64,000 nt of DNA. Source: Candidatus Aenigmatarchaeota archaeon (lineage in GTDB: Archaea > Aenigmatarchaeota > Aenigmatarchaeia > CG10238-14 > SCSR01). Each line of letters starts with the position of its first letter. The first letter of the stretch is position 1. The stretch spans positions 123,682 to 187,681 of the forward strand of contig JACPAE010000002.1 in assembly GCA_016181005.1 (NCBI GenBank), read 5' to 3'. The notes under the pieces are model-generated. The model did no database searches. It was not told where the DNA came from and was given only the letters and a program-made list of their open reading frames with translations. The translations under genes were made by a program, and so were the position numbers. Positions 48,692 through 57,626 of this stretch are shown here, piece after piece.

Positions 48692-49229
48692 TCATATGCC
48701 TTCTGCTAACCTAATGAATGAAGTACGCCAATCGCAAATTATGATTGCAGTTGTTTCTAGGGAATCGTACAATCAGCAAACTCTTGATTTAGCAAAAATG
48801 GTTGCGGACAGATTTACGAAAATTTGCTATGTTACAATAAATAGGTCGTATTCCAATTTAGTTAAAGAATTTCAAAATTCGAAAATTGATGTTGATAAAT
48901 TTGTTTTTATTGACGCGACACCTGGTGATGGAAAGAAGACTGCACCGAAGGATAAATGCATTTTTATACGTGCCCCTAACGATATACTTCAACTAAGCAT
49001 AGGCTTTGCACAACAGTTAGATAAAGTTGGATTTGAGTGCGCTATTTTTGATTCGTTAGATGCCATTGAAATTTATGCGAATCCCAAAAACATAATAAAA
49101 CTAGTTCATACGATGATAAACAAAGTTCGAGGAACAGACATCAAAATGATTTTTATAACAAGTGAAAAAGATTCTGAAATAATGAAAGAGTTGTATATGT
49201 TTATCGATAAGATTGTAGCTTTAACTTAG
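48684..49229 (+). CDS. Degenerate KaiC/RecA-like domain protein (no Walker A)
   Basis: ICYVTINRSY, FVFIDA, IFDSL. Confidence 0.7.
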   Translation: MSNHMPSANLMNEVRQSQIMIAVVSRESYNQQTLDLAKMVADRFTKICYVTINRSYSNLVKEFQNSKIDVDKFVFIDATPGDGKKTAPKDKCIFIRAPNDILQLSIGFAQQLDKVGFECAIFDSLDAIEIYANPKNIIKLVHTMINKVRGTDIKMIFITSEKDSEIMKELYMFIDKIVALT

Positions 49230-49523
49230 TGAATGCATTAATATCAACTTTTAAATCAAAACTCTATTATAGCCGGGGATACACAGCAAAAACAACTAAT
49301 AAAGCTCTTTCAATATCGAAACTACAGAAGTCACACACAACAACCATCACTTCACTAAATCTACAATAAGATTCTGATAAGATAAAGTCATTGGAGGTTC
49401 AATTCCTTAGACACTTAGAAAAAGTTCTGTTAACAGGTAAAGTCAATCTTTTGATGCCTCGAGGGTTAGACTCGCTCTTGCACAACTTGGATCTTTAGGA
49501 GGTGATCCAGCCGCACGTTCCCG

Positions 49524-49658
49524 ATACCGGATCGAATTGAGCATGTTGATTTTGGATGGCTATAATCAATTCACCTCCAACTCATCACAACTCAGAGTCA
49601 AGCCTTGTTTTCATACTATAGCCGATTAGGTTTCAATTTCTAATCGCTCTTTCGATCT
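49524..49658 (-). other. 16S BHB intron, 135 nt (h45, ~1512)
   Basis: Helix GCCG/CGGT, stem GATCGAA/TTCGATC. Confidence 0.85.
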
Positions 49659-49763
49659 TACGGCTACCTTGTGGCGACTTAGCCCCTCTCGCGAACCCTC
49701 AACTCGACCTACCCTTGCGGGCGGGCCTCGATGAGAACTCACTCGATTGGCTTGACGGGCGGT

Positions 49764-49800
49764 TTACACTTGACTAGTAGAATTTCTTCCCTATATCAAT
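49764..49800 (-). other. 16S BHB intron, 37 nt (~1397)
   Basis: TTGCACAC|ACCGCCCGTC; helix GCAC/GTGT. Confidence 0.88.
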
Positions 49801-49834
49801 GTGTGCAAGGAGCAGGGACCTATTCGGCGAACGA

Positions 49835-49898
49835 ATTCACGACAGAAAGATGGTTCTTCAGGTGTCCAACCCTCAAAATCATCAGCACCTTCCTATCT
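49835..49898 (-). other. 16S BHB intron, 64 nt (~1362)
   Basis: Helix TCAC/GTGA. Confidence 0.8.
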
Positions 49899-50166
49899 TG
49901 GTGACGTTCGCCTACTAGCGATTCCGGCTTCATGCGGATGAGTTACAATCCGCAATTCGAACTGAGCATGCTTTTAGGGGATTTGCTTCTCCTTTCGGAG
50001 TTGCATCCCATTGTGGCATGCATTGTAGGTCGCGTGTAGCCCAGGAGGTCCGCGCCATACAGACCTACCGTCGCCCATTCCTTCCTCTGGTTTATCACCA
50101 GCGGTCTCGTATAAGTGCTTGCTTTCCGGAGAAAGCAGTGGCAACATACGATATGGGTCTCGCTCG

Positions 50167-50204
50167 GTAGTTATGAGGAAATTGAGTTTACAACTTACCC
50201 CATT
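50167..50204 (-). other. 16S BHB intron, 38 nt (~1102)
   Basis: GGTTAA|CGAGCG; helix GGTT/AACT. Confidence 0.8.
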
Positions 50205-50227
50205 TTAACCGACTTAACGGCACGTCT

Positions 50228-50264
50228 TTACCGCTGTGCATATCGCATCATGACATAACACAGT
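50228..50264 (-). other. 16S BHB intron, 37 nt (~1079)
   Basis: Helix ATCG/CGGT, stem CTGTG/CACAG. Confidence 0.82.
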
Positions 50265-50277
50265 CACGATACGAGCT

Positions 50278-51003
50278 TTATCGTTCGATCAATTCCCTAA
50301 GTAAAAATACTTTTTGTTGTTTTTTCTCATCTTTGAGAAATAACTTGCTAAGAATTTTAACAGCAGAATTAAATGATATTTTAAGATCGTATGCATTTCT
50401 GTTCTTATAAGTTGATATCCATCCGCTAATGTTGAATTTCTTCAATAATGAAAAATCTTTTCTTGCTTCTTCAAGACTACCGTAGGTTATTTTTATTGGA
50501 CTTGTCCTATATTTAACTGCGTACAACATTAATGTTCCATCGGCATCTATACGACCAGAAAGATACGCAAGTAACTCATTTTCTCTTTGAATTAAGGTTT
50601 CTCGATCCTGTTCTAAATTTTCTAGAATTCTTCGAATTAAACCTGAATTTATTTTAACTCTTGATGCATCACCATTGTTAATGGAAACTTTCTTCAACAT
50701 CTTTCTTTCTTTTACGATTCGCTCAAGGAACTTCATAAATTCATCCAACAGTTTTTCATTTGTGTTTGTGATGCCAACTGAATTTCCAAACCAATATTTA
50801 TCACCACACCAAAGCCCAAGGTTATAGAAGAATTTTTCATCAATTTGTAAGAATCTTGTCACATTAACCGAATTTTCGAACTGATTCCTAACATTTGATT
50901 TTAGTGAATTTTTCTCAACTGAGACGTACTTATTAATGTACTCCTTCGGTAATACTAGTTTTAAATCCAATTTTTGGACTGTGCTTTCGATTTCCATTTT
51001 CAC
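50278..51003 (-). CDS. LAGLIDADG homing endonuclease
   Basis: FYNLGLWCGD and LAYLSGRIDADG; the stop codon forms the last three intron nucleotides. Confidence 0.9.
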   Translation of the reverse strand: MKMEIESTVQKLDLKLVLPKEYINKYVSVEKNSLKSNVRNQFENSVNVTRFLQIDEKFFYNLGLWCGDKYWFGNSVGITNTNEKLLDEFMKFLERIVKERKMLKKVSINNGDASRVKINSGLIRRILENLEQDRETLIQRENELLAYLSGRIDADGTLMLYAVKYRTSPIKITYGSLEEARKDFSLLKKFNISGWISTYKNRNAYDLKISFNSAVKILSKLFLKDEKKQQKVFLLRELIER

Positions 51004-51108
51004 TCACTTGTTAACTGAAATAATGTGAAGCTGGGTATATCTGGTTTTAGTCTTGTGATATGAAATAGAAATCAAGATATACCCAACTATTTAGAAACTG
51101 AGTCGAAT
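50278..51108 (-). mobile_element. 16S BHB intron, 831 nt (~1066), encoding a homing endonuclease
   Basis: CATCGTC|AGCTCG; helix ATCG/CGAT. Confidence 0.9.
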
Positions 51109-51245
51109 GACGATGGCCATGCAGCAGCTCTCGGCTTGTTAGGTAAGACCTTCAGCCTGACCTTCATCCTGCCGTCGCCCCTGGTGAGATGCCCGGCGTT
51201 GAATCCAATTGAACCGCAACCTCCACCGCTTGTGTGCTCCCCCGC

Positions 51246-51277
51246 TTGAACTAGAGCCAGAACTAACTGAACCCTAT
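51246..51277 (-). other. 16S BHB intron, 32 nt (~922)
   Basis: GGAATTG|GCGGGGG; helix GAAT/GTTC. Confidence 0.83.
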
Positions 51278-51291
51278 CAATTCCCTTAAGT

Positions 51292-51331
51292 AAAGTGTGG
51301 GTAACACACGATACCAATCCTGCTAACCCAT
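51292..51331 (-). other. 16S BHB intron, 40 nt (~908)
   Basis: GTGAA|ACTTAA; stem TGGGT/ACCCA. Confidence 0.83.
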
Positions 51332-51717
51332 TTCACCCTTGCGAGTATACTCCCCAGGTGGCCCACTTAACACCTACGCTCCGGCACCGCAATCTCCCAA
51401 GAAGATTGCAGCACCAAGTGGGCATCGTTTACTGCTAGGACTAACGGGGTATCTAATCCCGGTCGCTCCCCTAGCCTTCGTCCCTCACCGTCAGACAAGT
51501 TCCAGACAGACGCCTTCGCCACCGGTGGTCCCTCTAGGATTAACGGATTTAACCCCTACCCTAGAAGTACCTCTGTCCTCTCCCTCTCTCAAGCCTGCCA
51601 GTATTCCCCGCAAGCCTGACAGTTTACTGCCAGATTTCACAGGGAACTTAACAAGCCGGCTACGGACGCTTTAGACCCAATAATAGTGACCATCACTTGA
51701 GCCTCGGGTATTACCGT

Positions 51718-51744
51718 GTACCGTGCTACCTTTGCGTATAGCAT
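51718..51744 (-). other. 16S BHB intron, 27 nt (530 loop, ~526)
   Basis: GTGCCAGCCGCC|ACGGTAA; stem TGCTA/TAGCA. Confidence 0.85.
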
Positions 51745-52375
51745 GGCGGCTGGCACCCGTATTGCCCGGCCCTTATTCTCCGTCCTGTTTTCAGACGGCA
51801 AAAGTTTCTGCAATGCAGAAACACTCCAAGTCCCCTTTTCGCCCGTTAAGGCATTGAAAAGTTTTCTCTCCTGCTGCGTTCCGTAGAACCTGGATTCATG
51901 TCTCAGAATCCATCTTAGGGCTCCTACTTCCATAGCCCTCACTCGTTATAGGTTTGATAGTTCGTTACACTATCAACAGCCTGATGAGCCGCAGTCCCAT
52001 CCTTAGCCGCAAAAGCTTTCGTTCTAGCCACATTCCAGTAAGCTAGAACTATGGCGTATTAGCCGCACTTTCGCACGTTTATTCGCCCGCTAAGGGCAGG
52101 TTGACTACGTGTTATGAAGCAATTCAGGTCGGGTCTTACCCGATCCCTTCGCATGGATTAGTAGAACTCGGATAGCAATGGTCTCTGGCGGGATCAGCCA
52201 GAATTGGCGGTCTAACCCTCTAAGGTTTCATCATAATTGACCTTACCTGCAACGCTACTGCAGAATAGCTGTTGAACCACGAACTAGAATTAACTTTTTC
52301 ATTCATTGTCAGTCGACGTAGTCAAAGTTAAACGCCTTTAGCTCGTGAGACTAAACAGATTATATGACAAGGAGG

Positions 52376-52383
52376 TATTTAAA
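52376..52383 (-). promoter_or_regulatory. Putative TATA box for 16S, overlapping the upstream ORF stop
   Basis: GAAAATC-TTTAAATA. Confidence 0.5.
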
Positions 52384-52687
52384 GATTTTCTGGGTCAAGA
52401 GAAAGAGCATATTCTCTACCCTCTTCTGTAAGGGAATAGCGGGAGGTGTATGAATGCTTTAAAGTTTCAGCAGTGACTAAACCTGCCTCATTAAGCTCTT
52501 TAAAATAAGAAGAAAGAGAAGTACCTGGAAGGAATCTTCCCTTGAATACGTTTTCTACTATTATACTAAGATTTCTATGTGTTCCTTCCTCTGGTTCACT
52601 GTTTCTCAGCAATGTGTACAAAATAACATTTTTGGCTTTTTGTGCAACTGCCGGACTTTTCCAAAATTCGTACAAGTCTGTTGTCAT
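52379..52687 (-). CDS. Winged-HTH (PadR-like) protein
   Basis: PGTSLSSYFKELNEAGLV...YSLTEEGREY; ATG at 52687 with TATA upstream. Confidence 0.75.
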   Translation of the reverse strand: MTTDLYEFWKSPAVAQKAKNVILYTLLRNSEPEEGTHRNLSIIVENVFKGRFLPGTSLSSYFKELNEAGLVTAETLKHSYTSRYSLTEEGREYALSLDPENL

Positions 52688-52746
52688 ACTTTTAATAGAG
52701 GAGGGTAAAACATTTAAAGTTTTAATGACGCGGGAAATAAAAGGTA

Positions 52747-52819
52747 GGTCCAGGTGCGGGAATCGAACCCGCGCCCCGAGGACCACAACCTCGTACTCTA
52801 CCATTAAGCCAACCCGGAC
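52747..52819 (-). tRNA. tRNA-His(GTG)
   Basis: GTCCGGG/CCTGGAC, C73, CGAGG-TTGTGGT-CCTCG. Confidence 0.95.
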
Positions 52820-52826
52820 ATTCTGA

Positions 52827-52949
52827 TGCTGGTGGAGGGAATTGAACCCTCGACCTCTGCGAATCATGTCATCTTTTCATCAAAGCTCATTTGACTTTAT
52901 GAGCACAGCATAGGCTCTTTCGATGTTCTAACCACTGAACTACACCAGC
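52827..52949 (-). tRNA. tRNA(CAT), probably elongator Met, with two non-canonical introns
   Basis: GCTGGTG/CACCAGC; ~15-nt insert at the D-arm/anticodon junction; BHB intron at 38/39 (helix TCAT/ATGA); mature CTGTG-CTCATAA-CGCAG. Confidence 0.85.
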
Positions 52950-52998
52950 TTCATTAATTAAATAAGCATTTCGAATTAATTTAAATGGAAGTGTATTT

Positions 52999-53988
52999 AT
53001 GCACTTGATAATTTTCGGCCCGCACGGCTCTGGCAAAGGCACGCAGGCGGAGAAGATATCCCAGCACTATGGTATAGTACGTGTCACCACCGGCGACATA
53101 TTCAGGGAGAATATAGGAAAAGGCACCCTGCTTGGGAAACGAGCAAAGAAGTACATGGAATCGAACGTTTACGTCCCGGACCAGGTAACTAATGGCATGG
53201 TTAAAGAGAGGCTTCAGAGAGCTGATTGTAAAAATGGATTCATATTGGACGGCTATCCACGAACTCTTAACCAGGTAAAGTTTCTTGATAAACTTCTCGG
53301 AAAATTGAAAGTTAAATTAGATGCTGTTGTCAATTTGCAAGTTGGTGAAGATGAAGTTGTGAAGAGATTGTTGAAGAGGGCAAGGAACACTGACGATACC
53401 GAAGAAGGAATTAGAAAGCGTGCTAAGGAGTATGAGATAAAGGCAAAGCCAGTTTTAAACTATTACAAGAAAAAAAGCAAGGTGGTTGATGTGAACGGTG
53501 GGCAAACTATAGATAAAGTTTTTCAAGACATTAAAACAATATTAGACAAGGTGCAAAAGATAGAAAGAACGCTTGTTATTGTAAAGCCGGATGGTGTGAA
53601 AAGGAAACTTACTGACGAGATTGTTAGAAGGTACGAAGCCGCTGGCTTGAAGGTTGTGGCGATGAAGAAGGTAGAGGCATCCTCTTCAATGTTAAGCTTG
53701 CACTATTCAGCACATGTAAAAAAGCCTTTTTACAAGGGGCTTGTAAAGTTCATGACGGAAGGGCCAGTTGCGGCGATGATAGTTGAAGGTGAAAATGCAG
53801 TTGCACGAGTAAGGGAGATTACAGGGGTCACTGACCCAAGTAGGGCGCAGAAAGGAACCATACGCGGGGATCTTGGAGACGACTCTACAGAAAGGGCGGA
53901 CAAGGAAGGCAGGGCAATAAGGAATCTGGTGCATGCGTCGGGGAGTAAAGAGGAAGCCGAAAAAGAAATCAAACTTTGGTTTGGATAG
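52999..53988 (+). CDS. Fused adenylate kinase / nucleoside-diphosphate kinase
   Basis: GPHGSGKGTQ, TGDIFR, GFILDGYPR; then TLVIVKPDG, GTIRGD, RNLVHAS. Confidence 0.93.
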   Translation: MHLIIFGPHGSGKGTQAEKISQHYGIVRVTTGDIFRENIGKGTLLGKRAKKYMESNVYVPDQVTNGMVKERLQRADCKNGFILDGYPRTLNQVKFLDKLLGKLKVKLDAVVNLQVGEDEVVKRLLKRARNTDDTEEGIRKRAKEYEIKAKPVLNYYKKKSKVVDVNGGQTIDKVFQDIKTILDKVQKIERTLVIVKPDGVKRKLTDEIVRRYEAAGLKVVAMKKVEASSSMLSLHYSAHVKKPFYKGLVKFMTEGPVAAMIVEGENAVARVREITGVTDPSRAQKGTIRGDLGDDSTERADKEGRAIRNLVHASGSKEEAEKEIKLWFG

Positions 53989-53992
53989 GAAT

Positions 53993-54478
53993 ATGTATCA
54001 ACCTGTTATAAGAGCTGCGAGAATTTCTGAGGTCGATTTACTACACGAACTAATAAGAAGTGAAAGCTTTAGACCTGTAGGAGACGATTGGAAAGGATTT
54101 TTATTATACATACCCAAACCGCAACTGAAGAGCTATGTGGAAGGCGGCAGATTCTTGGTTTTAGACCAAGATAACGAAGCTGTTGGGTGTGTTTTTCCTG
54201 ATGAATATGATGACATCATGGAGCTCAGGTCTCTTGTGGTCATACCAAAATACAGAAACAATGGTTTTGCGGAATATCTTATAGATGCTGTAAAGCAAAT
54301 CGCAAGAGACAAGGGTTATTCTGAAGTGTATACCCTTACGAGAACTCCGCGTGTTTTTGAGAAGTATGGATTTGTTCTGGCAGAAGACAGACCTCTGCAA
54401 AAGGTTGTGAAGGACTGTTTGTCCTGCCCAAGATATGAGAACTGTGACGAAATAACAATGATGGCTAGATTAAAGTAA
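53993..54478 (+). CDS. GNAT N-acetyltransferase (ArgA-like)
   Basis: ELRSLVV.PKYRNNG, YTLT, FEKYGF, DCLSCP..CDE. Confidence 0.85.
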   Translation: MYQPVIRAARISEVDLLHELIRSESFRPVGDDWKGFLLYIPKPQLKSYVEGGRFLVLDQDNEAVGCVFPDEYDDIMELRSLVVIPKYRNNGFAEYLIDAVKQIARDKGYSEVYTLTRTPRVFEKYGFVLAEDRPLQKVVKDCLSCPRYENCDEITMMARLK

Positions 54479-54505
54479 ATAATTGACAAATACAAAAGAA
54501 TTGAT

Positions 54506-56200
54506 ATGTTCGAGAGGGAAATTTTAAAGCTTTTGAAAACTGCAGGTGTGCATGCAACAGAAGATGTTTTAGAAACGTCGCCGAAAGATGAATTTGGAGA
54601 TTTGTCGTTTCCATGCTTCAATCTCGCCAAAGAGCGAAAAATGAATCCTGCGGAAATCGCAAAAGATATTGCATCCAAAATTAAAATTCCTGGAAATTAC
54701 AACATAGAGAAAGTGGAAGTTGTAGGAGCCTACGTAAACTTTTTTTACAATTATTCAAAGTTGTCTAAATTGGTTTTGACGGATGTTCTAAAGAAGAAAG
54801 CCGAGTTCGGGAAAAGTGGGAATAGGAAGGGAAAGATATTAGTGGAATTTGCGCATCCGAACACTCATAAACTGTTTCACATAGGGCATTTGAGAAACAT
54901 CACGACTGGAGAATCCTTATCAAGAATTATGGAGTTTAACGGGTTCGATGTCATAAGGGCAAACTACCAGGGAGATGTCGGGCTTCACATTGCAAAATGT
55001 CTGTGGGGAATAAAAAAAACTGGCATTAAGAAGTTTGCATCCCTTGGTGAGAAAATAACCTTCTTGGGCAAGGCTTATGCAACAGGAAGCAAGGCATTCG
55101 AGGAAGATGCTACGGCTAAGAACGAAATTGTTGAATTAAACAAGCAAATATACAAAGGAGACCGAACTGTACTGAAACTTTGGAAAGAAACCAGAAAATG
55201 GAGTTTGGATTATTTCGACGGAATATACAAAAGAGTAAATACAAGGTTCGACAGGCTTTATTTCGAGTCGGAAGTTGCGGCAAAGGGATTGGCGATTGCC
55301 AAAAAGGCTTTGAAGAAAGGCATACTGACAAAAAGCGAAGGCGCTATCATTTTTGATGGCGAGAAACATGGGCTTGATAAGAGGGTGTTTATAAACCAAA
55401 TAGGGTTTCCGACTTACGAGGCGAAGGAACTAGGGCTTGCTGAGCTGGAGTTCTCGGAGTTTGGGAATATCAGAAAGGCCATACACGTTGTCGGACCTGA
55501 GCAGTCCAGCTTCTTTAAAGTGATGTTCAAGGTAGAGGAATTGCTGAACCCAAAGAAGTTCAAGGGCAAGCAGCAGCATCTCGCATACGGCTGGGTAAGA
55601 TTGAAAGAAGGGAAGATGTCGTCCAGGCTAGGAAATGTCGTAGAAGGCGAGCACCTATTGAATGAATTGAAAAGAATCGTGTTGGAAAATTATCTTAACA
55701 AGCAGGATTATCCAAGCGGGAAAAAGATGAGGATAGCAGAAAAGATAGCTGTTGGTGCCGCCAAATATTTCTTCTTGAGATTTGACATACCGTCAGAAAT
55801 ATCTTTTGATCTGAGCCAAGCGGCGTCGATAGAAGGGAACACAGGTCCTTACATACAATATGCTTATACCAGATGCGCGAGCATTGTCAGGAAAGCTGGG
55901 AAATGGAAGCCAAACCATGGCAATGATGAGATGGAGCTGGAGGAAAAAAGAATAGTAAAGCTATTATCAGGTTTTCCAAGAATTGCCAGCCAAGCAGCAG
56001 ATGATATGAAACCAAATTATATTTGCAATTATGTATACGAGCTGGCAACTGCCTTGAACAACTTTTATGAAAAACATAGAGTCATAGACGTGAAAAATAT
56101 CAACCTGAGAAATTTCAGGCTGACTTTAATCAAATCTGCCCAGACGGTATTGGGAAACTGTTTGGAACTGTTGGGAATAGAAACTGTTGAAAGAATGTGA
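54506..56200 (+). CDS. argS: Arginine--tRNA ligase
   Basis: HPNTHKLFHIGHLRN, KMSSR, GPYIQYAYTR, ERM C-terminus. Confidence 0.98.
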   Translation: MFEREILKLLKTAGVHATEDVLETSPKDEFGDLSFPCFNLAKERKMNPAEIAKDIASKIKIPGNYNIEKVEVVGAYVNFFYNYSKLSKLVLTDVLKKKAEFGKSGNRKGKILVEFAHPNTHKLFHIGHLRNITTGESLSRIMEFNGFDVIRANYQGDVGLHIAKCLWGIKKTGIKKFASLGEKITFLGKAYATGSKAFEEDATAKNEIVELNKQIYKGDRTVLKLWKETRKWSLDYFDGIYKRVNTRFDRLYFESEVAAKGLAIAKKALKKGILTKSEGAIIFDGEKHGLDKRVFINQIGFPTYEAKELGLAELEFSEFGNIRKAIHVVGPEQSSFFKVMFKVEELLNPKKFKGKQQHLAYGWVRLKEGKMSSRLGNVVEGEHLLNELKRIVLENYLNKQDYPSGKKMRIAEKIAVGAAKYFFLRFDIPSEISFDLSQAASIEGNTGPYIQYAYTRCASIVRKAGKWKPNHGNDEMELEEKRIVKLLSGFPRIASQAADDMKPNYICNYVYELATALNNFYEKHRVIDVKNINLRNFRLTLIKSAQTVLGNCLELLGIETVERM

Positions 56201-56201
56201 A

Positions 56202-57626
56202 TTACTCTTTTACGAAATGCTTTAGACTTTTCGAGACTTTCTTTTCTTTCTGGTTCAGTGAATGTATCGCCATCCCGTACGCGTCCATGACAGCCTCTCT
56301 GAATGCCTCTACAAGTGTAGGATGGGGATGAAGAGTGTTTATAACATCGTCCGCTTTCAAGTATTTCAACGCAAGTATCGCCTCGCCTATCATATCTGAA
56401 GCGCGCTCATTGATCATGTGAACCCCCAGAAACTTTTTGGTCTTCTTGTCTATTATGACCTTTACCAAACCGTACGAATCCCCAAGTGTCATCGCACGGC
56501 CGCTGGCCTTGAAGTAGAATTTGCCAACCTTAACATCATGCTTCTTCCTCGCGTCGTCCTCTGTCATGCCTATTCGCGCTATTTCGGGTATCGCATAAAT
56601 GCAGTAGGGCACCAGCCGACCTTTCATGGAGGAATTAAATCCCATTGTGTTCTCTGCCGCAACAATTCCGTTTTCAATAGCCTCATGTGCAACTCTCCCG
56701 CCGGCAACATCTCCAACAGCATAAACGCCCTTAACAGAGGTCTCCATCTTGTCATTTACCATAACCTTACCGAACTCGTCAGTCTTGACGCCTACAGTTT
56801 CAAGCCCAATATTTTGGGTGTTCGGCCTTCTGCCGGTTGAAACAAGGACCTTGCTGCTTTCGATAGTCTTGCCGTTAGAAAGCTTTACCCTGACTTTGCC
56901 TTCGTCGCTTATTTCAGCCACTTTTGCATTAGTCAATATTTTGACCCCCTTATCTTTCAATATTTTTTCTACTCTTGATGAAATGTCCCTGTCTTCAAAA
57001 GACAACAGCCTGTCAAGCATCTCAACAATCGTCACATCAGCGCCGAATTGGGAAAATATGCATGCGAACTCTACACCCTCCGGCCCGCCGCCGACAATCA
57101 AAATATCCTTCGGTATTTCTGCGGTCGAGAGAAATTCTTCGCTAGTGAAAATATTCTTGCTTCCCGAAAAAATTTTCGGCTTGGTGCCAGTGCTGCCGGT
57201 CGCAATGATTATATTCTTGCACTTTAACGTTTCTTCGAACTTGTCTCCCTTGTAAACAGAAACCTCGTGCCTTGACTTTATCCTGCCCACACCACTAAAA
57301 ATTTTGACCCCATTCGATTTCAATAGTGTTTCCACCCCTTTCATCAGCTTGTTCAGAAGCATGTTTCTGCTTTCCATCATCTGCTTCTGATCAACTCCTT
57401 CGCTTGTCATCCTTATTCCGAACTGTCTTGCTAACGGGATGTTCGACTGTATCTCCGCAAGTTTTATCATCGTCTTGCTAGGGATGCAGCCATAGTTATT
57501 GCATATGCCGCCCAACCTGTCCCTTTCAATCAATGCAACTTTTCCGCCTAACTGCGCAGCCCGAATAGCGGCAACGTATCCCCCTGGGCCTCCTCCTATG
57601 ACTACGACATTGAACTCTTCCGTCAT
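56202..57626 (-). CDS. lpdA: Dihydrolipoyl dehydrogenase family oxidoreductase
   Basis: GGGPGGYVAAIRAAQ, GGICNNYGCIPSK, HPHPTLVE. Confidence 0.9.
   Translation of the reverse strand: MTEEFNVVVIGGGPGGYVAAIRAAQLGGKVALIERDRLGGICNNYGCIPSKTMIKLAEIQSNIPLARQFGIRMTSEGVDQKQMMESRNMLLNKLMKGVETLLKSNGVKIFSGVGRIKSRHEVSVYKGDKFEETLKCKNIIIATGSTGTKPKIFSGSKNIFTSEEFLSTAEIPKDILIVGGGPEGVEFACIFSQFGADVTIVEMLDRLLSFEDRDISSRVEKILKDKGVKILTNAKVAEISDEGKVRVKLSNGKTIESSKVLVSTGRRPNTQNIGLETVGVKTDEFGKVMVNDKMETSVKGVYAVGDVAGGRVAHEAIENGIVAAENTMGFNSSMKGRLVPYCIYAIPEIARIGMTEDDARKKHDVKVGKFYFKASGRAMTLGDSYGLVKVIIDKKTKKFLGVHMINERASDMIGEAILALKYLKADDVINTLHPHPTLVEAFREAVMDAYGMAIHSLNQKEKKVSKSLKHFVKE

Larger units (their letters stand above)
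49497..52204 (-). rRNA. rrs: 16S rRNA with 9 introns (mature ~1467 nt)
   Basis: 5' ATTCTGGCTGATCCCGCC, 3' GGATCACCTCCT; flanking stem GAGGGTTAGAC/GTCTAACCCTC. Confidence 0.97.

Noticed and set aside
49380-49410. T-arm-like GGAGGTTCAATTCCTT
   Set aside because: No acceptor stem or anticodon arm could be built around it
42348-52204. Group I or group II introns
   Set aside because: Inserts are mostly too short, and their junctions fit BHB motifs for protein-catalysed archaeal splicing
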